From the NCBI GenBank assembly GCA_043228905.1, contig JBHGNT010000004.1:21576001-21640000 (forward strand): a DNA stretch of 64,000 nucleotides. Direction: 5' to 3'. This stretch comes from Azolla caroliniana (Eukaryota; Plantae; Polypodiophyta). Position numbers and translations under genes: made by a program. Each line of letters begins with the position of its first letter. Within the stretch, counting starts at the first letter, position 1. The notes beneath the pieces are model-generated. The model saw only the letters and a list, made by a program, of their open reading frames with translations. It ran no database searches and was not told the DNA's origin. Positions 52,901 through 64,000 of the stretch are shown one piece after another.

Positions 52901-55900
52901 CTTGGAGACATCGATTTCTTCCATCAGGGGTTTAGCGTGCGAGTGTGGCTCTGCTTCTACGACTTTCAACAATCCTTGAAAATTATTGCGAACGAGCCAA
53001 CGTCGCAATTCATTAGATACAGTAATCGGCATATTGTCGTTGTCGACTGACAGATTGTCGCTCTGTGGTGGCGGTGGAAAACGTTGTGGGCTATGGCGGA
53101 GAAGATCAGAAAACCTGTGAGCACGAATACGTTTTTGCTTCTGTGATGAAACAGACATTACAGAAATAGGTTTTAAGGAAATAATTTTTTGCATGATGCC
53201 TAGGGAATAAAAGTACTATGAATATAAGTAATGACTAAGTGTACTAGTAGAGTGACAGCTAGAAATAGCAATAGTGACTAATAGAAGCATGCCTACACTA
53301 CTTCTTACTTATAGCCTTCTTAAATCATTCCAAGATTCCCCTTTTTGACAGTTAGTTATGATTTGGCAAGAAAATTTTCTATAATTTGTTTTTTTTTGTT
53401 TTTCTTTTGTGATGTTGCCACATTACTTTTCTTCTGATTCAACCTTGAATGGATTTTCCGGCATTTCTCCATGATATGGCTTAAGCCGGAAACCATTGAC
53501 CCATTTCGGCAAAATCTCACCTAATAGGGTTCCCAGTTGATACGTACCATTTTTACTGTTCACGATCCAAACTGATCCTGTCCACCTATACCTAAGTTTA
53601 CCTGGCATACCCCCCATTCTGGTCTGGAAAACAAGTACCAATTTCCCGATTCCGAATTGAGTTTCGGTCTTTCGTCGGTGTCGATTTACAAATGCCTTCG
53701 TTTGCCTCTGCTTGTGCTCCAAAGCTGACATAGCTTGTATTCGGTCTTCTTCTAACAGCAATAAAGATTCCTTCCGAATTTTCTCCGACTGTAGTTCATT
53801 TAATTTTTCAGTTGCTTGTATTTGGAGTGTCGGAATCTGGAATTCGATTGGCATAATTGCCTCCAATCCGAAAGCCATTCGAAAGGGTGTTGATTTAATA
53901 GATGTTTTGTACGACGTGCGATATGCCCATAAAGCACTATGCAACTTCTGATCCCAATCCGTACGATTCTCATTTATTATCTTTTTGAGTATCGTCTGGA
54001 GGGTTTTGTTTGTCGATTCCGCCAATCCATTCGCTTGTGGATAGTAAGGTGTGTTTTTCTTATGAACCACTGCATAGTATATAGACAATTCATGAACAAG
54101 CTTGTTAATGAAATGTGTACCTTGATCGCTCACTAATTCTATTGGGCATCCGAATCTACACCATATACTTTCGTACAAAAATTTTGTTGTTGAAGTTGCT
54201 GTATTATCCCTAAGAGCTTTAGCTTCTACCCACTTCGTGCAGTAGTCAGTGGCAACTATAATATATCGATTGCCTATTCTTATTGTTGCCGGTTTGAATG
54301 GGCCTACAAAATCCAAACCCCATTTCTGGAAGTTTCAAGAGGTAACAGAGGTTGAAACGACATCCTGTCCTTTTCTGTCGGTTGACCCATACGTTGGCAT
54401 AGATCACATTTCCGACAATATTCGACTACATCCTTCATCACTGTCAGCCACCATAAGCCATTGTTCCATATTTTTCAGGATGTAGTTTCTCCAACATAGT
54501 GCCCTCCTGCAATTCCACAGTGCGATTCCCGAAGAATGACCAATTTTTTGAATTTTCGTATTGCTCTTCTCCAAATACCATCTGCTCCTTTATGATACAG
54601 AGTCTCGTTCAAAAGACAAAAATTACGACTTTGTACCGCCAACCTTTTCCTTTCGGCTGCCGATAGATGTTCGAGTGGTATCCCTATTGTAAGAAAGATT
54701 GTCATCTCTGAGATCCAAGCATCTTCACTTTCTTCATTTATCTCATGTGCATTTACTGCTTCCACTCGAAAAAGTTGGGCATTCGGAAAATAATCTTTGA
54801 CACCTGTGCCTTCTTCTCCCGACTCCAGTCGACTGAGATAATCAGCCACTACATGATGTACTCCTGGCCGATGTAAAATGTCGAACTCGAATTCTTGGAG
54901 TAGAAGAGTCCATCTTGCTAACTTACCAGTTAACTCCTGTTTTGAGACCAAATAAAGAAGAGCCGAATTATCAACATGAAATGTAAACTTTTTCCCCAAA
55001 AGATAGTGTTGAAATTTATTGACACTATAGATCATTCCTAACACTTCCCTCTCAGTTGTAGAATAGTTTCTCTCCGTTGTCGAGAGTTTCCGACTAGCAT
55101 AGTACATTGGCCTATACCAATTCGATTCGGTCAACTACATTAATGCACTTCCGATTGCGATGTCTAATGCATCGACAAAGACATGGAATGGCTTATTCCA
55201 ATCAGGTGGTTGAACCACTAGAACTTTGGACAACATTTTCTTGAGACAATCATATGCATCCTATTCCACACTTGTCCACTGAAAAGGAACTTTGTGCATT
55301 GATGTATGTAAGGGAATGGCGATATCCGCAAGATATCTTATCATTCTGTTGTGCCATCTAATATGACCTAAAAACAGACTGAAAGCTTTAGCATTTGTGG
55401 GTGTCGGTGCTTCCACTATGGCTTTAACCTTGTCGGGGTCCACTACAATTCCTTCTTGACTGACAATATGGCCTAATAATGTGCCACTAGTGACCCCGAA
55501 TGCACATATTGCCGGATTTAAACTAAGCCAACCTTTCCGACATTTCTCTAAACATAGTTGTAAATGCTCAAAATGTTCGGTTTTCCGACTATAAACAGCA
55601 AAATCATCCAAAAAGACTTGCATAAATGTAGGAATGTAATCCCCAAATATTTCCTATATCACTCTTTGGAATGTCGCCGGAGAGGTCTTCAAGCCAAACA
55701 TCATTACTACCGCTACAAACACTCCCCATTCTGTAACAAAAGCTGTCTTTTCTTGATCTTCCGGATTCATCCGAACCTGATTATAACCACTAAAACCATC
55801 TAGGAAACTATAGACTTCATGGCCAGCTACCGCATCCAATATACCATCCGTAAATGGTAATGGGAACGCATCCGTAACGGTAGCCGCATTCAGTTTTCGG

Positions 55901-57099
55901 TAGTCGACACATACCTGAATCTTGCCATTCTTTTTCGGAACTACTACGATTGGACTTAACCATGTCGATTTTTTCACCGGACGAATAAACCCTACTTTCA
56001 AAAGTTTATCTATTTCTTCTTTTACTTTAATAGCATAATTAGGATTTAATCGGTACCTGCGCGGTTGAACTGACTTTGCATCCTTATGCAGGTTGATTTG
56101 ATGTTGACAACAAGCTAGGTCAAGTCCCTTCATATCTTCAAAAGACCATGCAAAGACATCCTTATATTGCTTTAATAATGCCATTAACCGTTGTTTGTCA
56201 GCTTCTATCATATCTTTAGCAATGAGTATTGTTTTCAACTCATTGTCCTTATCTTCTTCTGCCAAATTTATTTCCTCCAATGTTGAAGCTTGAACTCGCT
56301 AGGACACCGTCATCTCTCTGTCGGTAGCTTCTTGCTGGAGTCGTATTTCCTTCATTGTTTGCTCATCTATTGGCAATTCCTCCTAGAAATCCACATATGG
56401 TGTCAAGGCTTGTAAAATATCCACTTTGAACAAAGGAATGATTTTCGGATTATCATCAAAATACTGATTTTCTTCGACCTCGTCTAATCCTTCCATCATA
56501 TTGACGGATTCAGCATGCACTAGCAAACATTGTTTGCTTGTCGCAACCTTGTTCTGTGTAGACACCCGGATTTTCGTTTTGCCTTTTCTAAATGTCAGTT
56601 GATTCTGATCCCAATTCCGCTTGATGTTAGTAGTCTTTAACCATGGGCGACCTAATAGCAAGGGATATGCACCATGAGCTTCCAAATGAAGTATTACTGC
56701 CGATATCAAAAAACTATGACCACCCAACACCACCTCTAATTGTCGGAGTAAGCTAATTGGTCATACCGTACTCGTATCTGCCATTCTTAGCCAAAATGGG
56801 CAAGCTTCCCATTTAGTAATACCCAACCTATCACAAGTGGTTTTATTAATGACATTTACTCCTGAGCCACCATCGACAATTGCATTTTCGATTTCCTGAC
56901 CATGAATTATTACTTTAATCTATGGATTTTGCTCACCCATGATTGAAGGGTTGGTGCTCGACTGACTATAGTGTACCAATACTTGTTCTTACCCTTTTTG
57001 GGCAATCAATGTTGACACCTTTTCGGTAAATCTAGGAACCAACTTAAGTAATCCGATCAGTGGTAGTGATACTTGGCAATCTGCCAAGATCTTCCAAAA
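49964..57099 (-). mobile_element. Ty3/gypsy element N, 5'-truncated: PR, RT, RNase H, integrase, accessory ORF, partial 3' LTR starting at 50385
   Basis: RT FLDGFSGYNQ and QVFLDD; RNase H YYASRKL; integrase [21 protein letters not shown]. Confidence 0.9.
50438..53194 (-). pseudogene. Post-pol accessory ORF of element N (~900 codons, frameshifted): globular part, Gln-rich linker, coiled coil, acidic tail
   Basis: ORFs 52772-53194, 52114-52857, 51614-51853, 51389-51592, 50438-51019, on the same strand as pol. Confidence 0.65.
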
Positions 57100-57469
57100 C
57101 ACGTTCGCGTTCACAAGTGGAAGGATTGCGCATTCCACTTGTAGAATCTTCTTAAAACGAAGCAAATACACCCTCTCTACAAAAATTGGATGCACTAGTA
57201 TCACATGTTCCTCAACTTGATGAGAATTTCCAAATATAAAAATACATGATAGATCTACGAGTGGAGATCATTAGAAATCATGCAAGTTTAGACATGTTGA
57301 TAAGTTAATGTAGGCATAATAAAGTTCAACTATGGCTCAATATGGCACTATTGTGCGACAAGGGAAACACTAACTTAAAGACTTATATTAATTAGGTAAG
57401 TTTTACAAAAATATGAGGTGTACTTGTATCCATACTAATAAAATGAGATATAATTTATACTTTGACCCA

Positions 57470-57752
57470 TACGTGCATGTATGTAATTGTGGAAAATGTA
57501 GGATAGTGCACATTAGGATAAGTGATTGCTTCCAACTAACTTATTAAAGTATTCAATACTTGTATTTAAAGTTGATCTAATCTATTCCTCAGTTTGTTCA
57601 TATGAGATCAAACCATATGTGTATATAATTGTGCACAATGTAAGGCAGTGAACTTTAGGATAATGTCGTGGAAATAACAAACCTATTAGGCTTTCATACA
57701 TGTATTTAAAATTGGTCTACTCTATTGCTTAGGTGATTCACACAAGATCAAA
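57470..57752. repeat. Degenerate ~138-bp tandem duplication downstream of the MTase gene
   Basis: TAATTGTG, TTAGGATAA, TGTATTTAAA, TCTATT and AGATCAAAC each recur in the same order. Confidence 0.6.
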
Positions 57753-58146
57753 CTCCGAACGATAACGCAACTGGAACCATTATCAACACACTACACAATC
57801 TAAGCAGCAATGGAATAGAAACATAATAGTTTTAACAATAGAAGACAAAGATCCATAATAACAACATGGACAGTCATGGCAACAATTATAGGGCCATGTT
57901 CTGTTAAGGTTAGCTTGGACCAAAATCAGCCTCCATTTAAACTAGTTCATGTTTCTCCATAAGTTTGGTAGTCAACTATGCACGCGGTGAAACCAATGTC
58001 ATAAATCTACTAATCAAGTATATAAAAATAAAATTGAAACATATAGAAGATTATAAAGAATAGAATCCACTAGGTAAAACCCAATATTTGTATTAATAAT
58101 GTGAAATCTTAACAAATCGTCAGTGTCATATTCTTCATAGAGTCTA

Positions 58147-61100
58147 TTACATAGCAATCAATTCATCAACGTCATTTTCTTCATCATCTTGTGTAGAACT
58201 GTCTTCGGCTATACATGCATTGGTTTCCCCTGTTAGCTGAGCCAACGAAATATCTTCTATAAGCTCATCATCAAGCTCTATTAGCTCCCCCGGTTCGCCG
58301 GCTAACGGAGGAATAGGCTCTCGCGAAGCAGGTTGAAACCTTTCTGTATTGGCGAGGTTCTTTGCACCGACCTCCTCATCCTGGTCTGGGCACTCCCACA
58401 AAGCCTTAATCCGCATATTAATAAATATAACTTGGTCCTCGTCCTTCTCCAATGCAACTGTATTTCTAAACAGCTTCAATGCACATGCTGACGTAGTTCC
58501 TGTGATGTAAGTAACAAGAAGATTTAGTTGTCAAACGAAAAAAAAGTGATTGGTTATCTCAAGATCGTTACCCTAGTTCGAGGAATACCTGTGCCAGAAA
58601 AGAGATCTAATATCCAGTCTCCTTCGACAGAAAACATCTCGATCAAGCGCATCATAAGTCGTTGAGGTTTTTGGTATGGGTTGACAAGTCCCCATTCTGT
58701 CGTGGTGACATGTCGCAATTTCCGAGTCACTGCTGGATATACCAACAGATTTGAACCTCCCACTTCATTAGAATGCTCTTTGATTCTCTGTTTCTTAATT
58801 TCATCGAAGTAGCCAACCGTTATGTATTCAATGGCATTAACGAACCGAAAATTTGGCCCTCTATTTACATTCGTCTTGATCCTATAAAAAATAATACATC
58901 GAGTTAAGAATAGATTCAACAACCTTAAGAAATGCAATATAGTGAAAGACACCTATAAATAATCCTTACCATGCAAGGTTCTCGATGCCATGGCAACGAG
59001 ATCTCAAAGCTTGAGCTACCGAGTACCCTTGGTCCATACTATGAAAGACAACTATTCGCCACAAGGATGCGGTCGTTAGCTCAGCGAAATCCTTGACCAT
59101 CTTCTCCAATTGTTTAAACCTAAACGGTTCATCGTCGTATGATGACCCAGCCATTCGAAATCCGTAAGGAATATCCGCAATCATTAGCATATATTCCTTC
59201 TTTGGCACCTTCTGGATCAAGTCGATGACATCACCGCAAACCACATTGTAGTAAAGATCTCTTGTAATATCTTTTTTGTGGCTAAATTTTTTAAAGGAGC
59301 CATCTTCCTCCATTTCGTACGCCTTGACTAAGCGACGATCCTTTTCTTTTCTGGCTCGCTCGAGATGTGCAAGGAAGGATGTAGGGAAATCGTGTATATC
59401 CTTAACTTCTCCTTGTTTCTTGCCTCGACACGGTTTCTAATAGAAGCAATAGGACATCAGGTATTATTATACAAGCTCTACATATGATGAAAGGGTAATG
59501 AAAAAACATGAATACTAACCCAATCCTTGAATGCAATAAAATACTCTGATAATGCCTTATACGAAGACGTTAGAGGATAATCCTCGGTCACTTGTTCCCA
59601 AGTTATACATCCAAGTTGTTTCATCATAACTTCTTGGATCTTCATGTACACCTTATGACTGTAAAATTAGAAATCAAGATTAGAACTTTGAATTACACTA
59701 GATAGACTACAATTTCAGTATTTGAGGGACTTACTTAGTGACCATTTCTTCAAGGCTTAAATCTTTCGCCACAACCCTTGACAAAACCGACACAAGAAGC
59801 TGCTCGTCCTTAATACCTTGCATCGCTCTCCATAGAGACAGCTTCATGTCATCTGCCGCTTCTTCAATTGTCAAGTCAATTTTCTTGGCGGCTTGTGACT
59901 TTAACTCTAGTTGAGGGTCAACCCTACATTTCTTTTGTCGTTGACCCTTTACCTCCTTATTCTCCCACATTGAGAAGATTTGATCTTGTAGGTCCCATAC
60001 TTCTCCATCTCTAAACGCCAATTGAAACCAAGACTCATACTTTCGAAGACCATCGGACCTAACATTATCATCTACCACAATGCCGACTTCATGCAGACAT
60101 TGACGTCGAAGGCCTGGATGTAACTTCACTCCAAACTTTTGTTTCACATCTAAATACTCGTGGTGGAAGAACCGTATACGCTCAATGGACGACATTTTCT
60201 GCCTATAGTCACTATCATTATTATGGTCCCATGCCAACAGCTTAGCCTCTTCGGTTGTGAGCCCAACATAAATTTTGCACTCAGCATACTTGAAGAAGAA
60301 AGTCGTTGGATGTTCTCTCACAAGTTGCCGACGTGCTTCTGCTGAATGCGATCCACCAATGACAAAATAATTATATTGATCATGTTTTCTAATATCAAAA
60401 TCTTCAATGGTTTCACATTCTTCAGGATCTACCATAACAATAAAAGGCACCACAGTGGCATGAGGATTAATTTTCATTTTTTTCTTGAGATTTTGAACAT
60501 GCATGCGGTGAGGCTCTCTAATCTCAAGTGGTCTTCGACCTGTTTTTTCATCAATAGGGGGCCGATGGATGTGTGTTATAGGTAAATTAAATACTTGCCC
60601 TTTCCTGACCAGCTTCCGTTGCATTAACTCTCTCCTTATTTTATTCTGCTCGGATGACAAAACACCCGAGGCCAGCTCAGCTCCTGGCGTCCCCTTATTA
60701 TCCTCCTCTTCGTTTTCACTTGTTGAATCCGTATCCGACATTTTCGTTGTCTTCTTCTTTGTTGGTCTTGACTGGACTTTGGAAACCTTTTTTGTTGGCT
60801 TCAATGGGGAGGGCACTTCATCTCTTAGAGTTACATGGCCTTGTATATAAGGCCTCAAGGTAACAATAAGGTTTTGTGAGCTATCAAGTGCTTTTTTGAA
60901 CACTTCTGGCCCACAAGATTCTTTTACTAAAAGGTATTCTGAAAGGAACACTTTACGTACCCCCTTGGAGCACTCTATCATTACCAGTATGTTGGCCGAA
61001 TCTGCATCTTCGTAGTCAAATCGTAGAATACGGCCATACATAAATGGGGTTTCCTTTCCAAGTTGCCCCTCACCCTTCTTCTTTGTTGTATACAATACGA

Positions 61101-62218
61101 CTTTTTTCTTTGAGTCGACATATTGCATACACCATTCCTTGTCCATTAGATCTCGGTCAGGAAGGTCTTCACCTCCAGTAGCGGCGACAAGTTTCTTTTG
61201 GCTAACATCACTATGTGGCTGAGATTTTGTCTCTTCATTAAAGAGAAGCTTTTTTCCTCTCTTCATGGTCTCAGGAGCTACCTTGGTCTGGGCTTCGATT
61301 GGAGAACCTTGTATGCGAAGCTTTATTTTCTTCACCGGTCGGTCCGACAGGTTTTCAAACGACCTATTTAAGAAAGTATATGCAAAAACATAAGTTAGGT
61401 AGTCACGTAGATTAAGGTTGTATATTAACATGAAGAACAGTTCCCAGGAGCAGTCCTATATTCAAAAATCTATTATAGGCAGGGCTATTCAACCTAGAAA
61501 ATATATATCGTAATAAGTAAAAAGGGTTATATATTCTTTTAAATAGTAGGTATGACTTATATAGATTCCAAACCTATATTGACGAGAATTTGCTATCGTA
61601 AAGGCAATTTATGGATCATTTTCTACTATTTTAAGCTAAAGTAGGTCATAAAACACCTATAATTAGAGCATGTTTTTTTTTTAAAGGAAAGCCAACATAA
61701 AAAGACTGATTTTGCCAGACAATTTGATAACTTTTCCATCCCAAAATTATTTGTTACCCCAAAAATACAATTTTTCTCTCTCAAAGCCTTCTTATATACA
61801 GGAACTCGATACGGCGTATCGAGTTCGTGTTTAAAACCTACACTTTAAACAGGAACTCGATACGGCGTATCGAGTTCGTATTTAAAACCTAAACTTTAAA
61901 CAGGAACTCGATACGGCGTATCGAGTTCCTATTTGAAACCTACACTTTAAACAGGAACTCAATATGGCGTATCGAGTTCCTGTCTAAAACCTACACTTTA
62001 AACATGAACTCGATACGGCGTATCGAGTTCCTGTATAAAAAGCAAAATTAAATTATGAACTCGATACGCCGTATCGAGTTCATGTATAAATATTTGTATT
62101 GTATACATGAACTCGATACGGCGTATCGAGTTCTTGAGAAACGAAACATATTTACAAAAATGTCCATAGTGTCAGAGGCCTACCTGGAGTCCTCGCGCTC
62201 GATTCTCTTTGAAGACAT
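58147..62218 (-). CDS. ParB/Srx-like domain plus beta-class N6/N4 DNA methyltransferase fusion, ~971 aa; exons 62218-62184, 61363-59735, 59658-59520, 59436-58970, 58881-58589, 58499-58147
   Basis: Five GT-AG introns with matching phases give 2916 nt with no internal stop. MTase motifs VCGDVIDLI, IADIPY, AWIKTN, NPYQKP, LDLFSGTGTT..ALEKD. ParB-like segment PFIVMV...YFVIGGSHSAEARRQL. Confidence 0.85.
61802..62133. repeat. Array of seven 25-bp palindromes GAACTCGATACG-N-CGTATCGAGTTC at 51-52 bp period, in intron 1
   Basis: Starts at 61802, 61853, 61904, 61955 (two transitions), 62006, 62057 (centre C) and 62109. Confidence 0.97.
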
Positions 62219-62349
62219 GTTTGATCGTGTGGAAGTGGAGGCGGAGATCGCGCTTTCGTGCTTTGTGCTCTGTGTGCTTTGTGTGCTCTGTGTGCTCTCT
62301 ACGTTCTGTGTGCTCTGTACGCTCTGGTGAGTGAAATATGACGAGGTCT

Positions 62350-62363
62350 TCCTATTTATAGGG
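62350..62363 (-). promoter_or_regulatory. TATA box of the ParB-MTase gene
   Basis: CCCTATAAATAGG on the minus strand, ~135 bp upstream of the ATG at 62218. Confidence 0.7.
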
Positions 62364-63058
62364 ATTGAACACATTGGTTAAAGTAACCATAGTCACCTTA
62401 ACCAAGGTTGGTAACTTTGAGGATAGTTAGTTGGTAACCATAGTCACATTAACTAGAGAAACTTATGATTGTATTAATGATTACAATATCAAACTACCAT
62501 ATTGATCAATCTTTTATAGTCATAACAACCTACAATGACTTCAAAGGTTATGAATGAGACAATGATAGAGGTTCATGAATGTACCAATGATTGATTACTA
62601 AAACCAACAATTTTTATGACTCTCAAATGTTGTGTATTAAAGATGTGGGCATAAATTAACCAATGATTGATAAGTCTAATATTTAAAATGGTGAGCATTA
62701 AAGAACCAATGAGTGAGACGTTCTATATCAAAATGGGTGCCATTAATTAGCCAATGATTTTAACATTAATCCAACATATTCATGGCTTGTTAATGATTAG
62801 TTTTATATTTTACTTGATTTAACTTTATATAGATCTAGTTTATATAATAATTGATATTTTAAGTACAATTACTTTATTAAAAATAATTTTTTGATGTATT
62901 GTATTAATAGAATATTACATAATATAGACATTCTATTGATTTGGCTTTTGTTTAGAGAGAAGTTTATGTTTAGAGAGGAGTGTATGTTTAGAGAGGAGCT
63001 TATTAGTTTTTTTCTTTCCCCTAAGCACATAACTTAGAGAGCCCTATCTAGACCTTAA

Positions 63059-64000
63059 GCCATCAGTGAAGATTCACCGTTCTCGATTGAAGAATATTGT
63101 TTGTCATCAGACCCATCGTTTTCTACTGAAGAGTATTGTTTGTCATCAGAGTCACCATATTCGATTGAAGAATATTGTCTGTCGACCGACTCACCATATT
63201 CTATCGAAGAATATTGTCTGAGCTCATCTACAGGGAATGTACATAATGACACATGTGAAGAGTTCTCTATTGAAGAATACGATATTAATAAAGATACCGA
63301 GAATGAAGGAAGTGCCCAGGAAACATTGAATAACATTGGCGATGGTCACAGCAAAGAATTAGACTGTAACAATGTTACACCAACCTCTATGCAGGAAGAG
63401 AAATCTGGGAGCCCTATGCATATTAGAAGAATCCCACGAAGAATTCGTCTAGCTAGATTTAGCTTGGTGACATCAGATAAACAGATTGGATTTGATGTCA
63501 ACAAAATATGTTGTGCCCGTGGTTGTATGTCTATGATTGGAAAATCAAAGTTGCGAGAATTAAGGCGATACTATTTTTCGATGACCGGTGATGAGCAAGA
63601 CACTTACCTCGGGTCACATATGCAACTAGTATCTGACAAATGTATGGGGATCAAAGTATCATTCGAGTATTATATCTTCCATGCGCAACAGATATGTAGA
63701 GTTGCATTCAAAATTGCGTTATGTGTTAGTAACATGCGGCTACATAGAGTACAACAACGTCTACTTAGCGGGGATCAGATGCTCAATTGTAAAGAGGTTC
63801 CAAGTATGAAAGGTGCAATTGGAAGACTAGCTATTGGCTGGATGAAAACTTACTTTCAGTTAAATTGTGAAGTAATGCCCACTACAGGTAGGATGCATCT
63901 TTCTGATAATTATACACGTCGGGAAGTTTATGATGTCTATCGATCTGATATGCTGGGCTCACGTAATAAGTCGATCACATATAGCCAATTCACAAGATTA
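63059..64000 (+). CDS. N-terminal part of a putative DNA transposase (Sola/DUF7869-like), open past the window end; first ATG 63389, upstream exon possible
   Basis: Stop-free frame 63059-64000, absent from the ORF track. Motifs CCARGC, EQDTYL, YYIF, ICRVAF...VSNMR, W...EVMP...MHL, VYDVY, YSQF. The catalytic region is not visible. Confidence 0.6.
63071..63226 (+). repeat. Four 39-bp coding repeats (13 aa, DSPxSIEEYCLSS)
   Basis: Direct repeats that preserve the frame, with synonymous variation. Confidence 0.9.

Noticed and set aside
61364-61431. N-terminus of the 566-aa ORF as listed in the track
   Set aside because: It lies upstream of the AG acceptor at 61364 and is intronic; exon 1 supplies the start in the correct phase.
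61802-62133. CRISPR array
   Set aside because: The first linkers are near-identical rather than unique spacers, no cas genes are present, and the array is in a spliceosomal intron.
62055-62374. Small ORFs 62055-62330 and 62180-62374
   Set aside because: They come from the palindromes and 5' UTR repeats; only the last 35 coding nt are used as exon 1.
63055-63336. Minus-strand 93-aa repeat ORF
   Set aside because: Antisense shadow of the 39-bp repeats in the longer plus-strand frame.

Overview
Eukaryotic, most likely land-plant DNA (inferred from tRNA-Trp/iMet primer sites and pervasive C>T/G>A decay). Bases 1-57,100 are a deep nest of LTR retrotransposons: Ty1/copia elements, a tRNA-Trp-primed Ty3/gypsy group with autonomous and gag-only members, a second gypsy lineage with a post-pol accessory ORF, solo LTRs and an L1 3' end, nested up to five levels. 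The last ~7 kb is different and most interesting. It holds an apparently intact six-exon minus-strand gene (~971 aa by manual splicing) that fuses a ParB/Srx-like domain to a bacterial-type beta-class N6/N4 DNA methyltransferase. Its first intron carries seven phased copies of a 25-bp palindrome, and a divergent ORF resembling a Sola/DUF7869-type transposase runs off the window end. All calls are by-eye readings; no searches were run.
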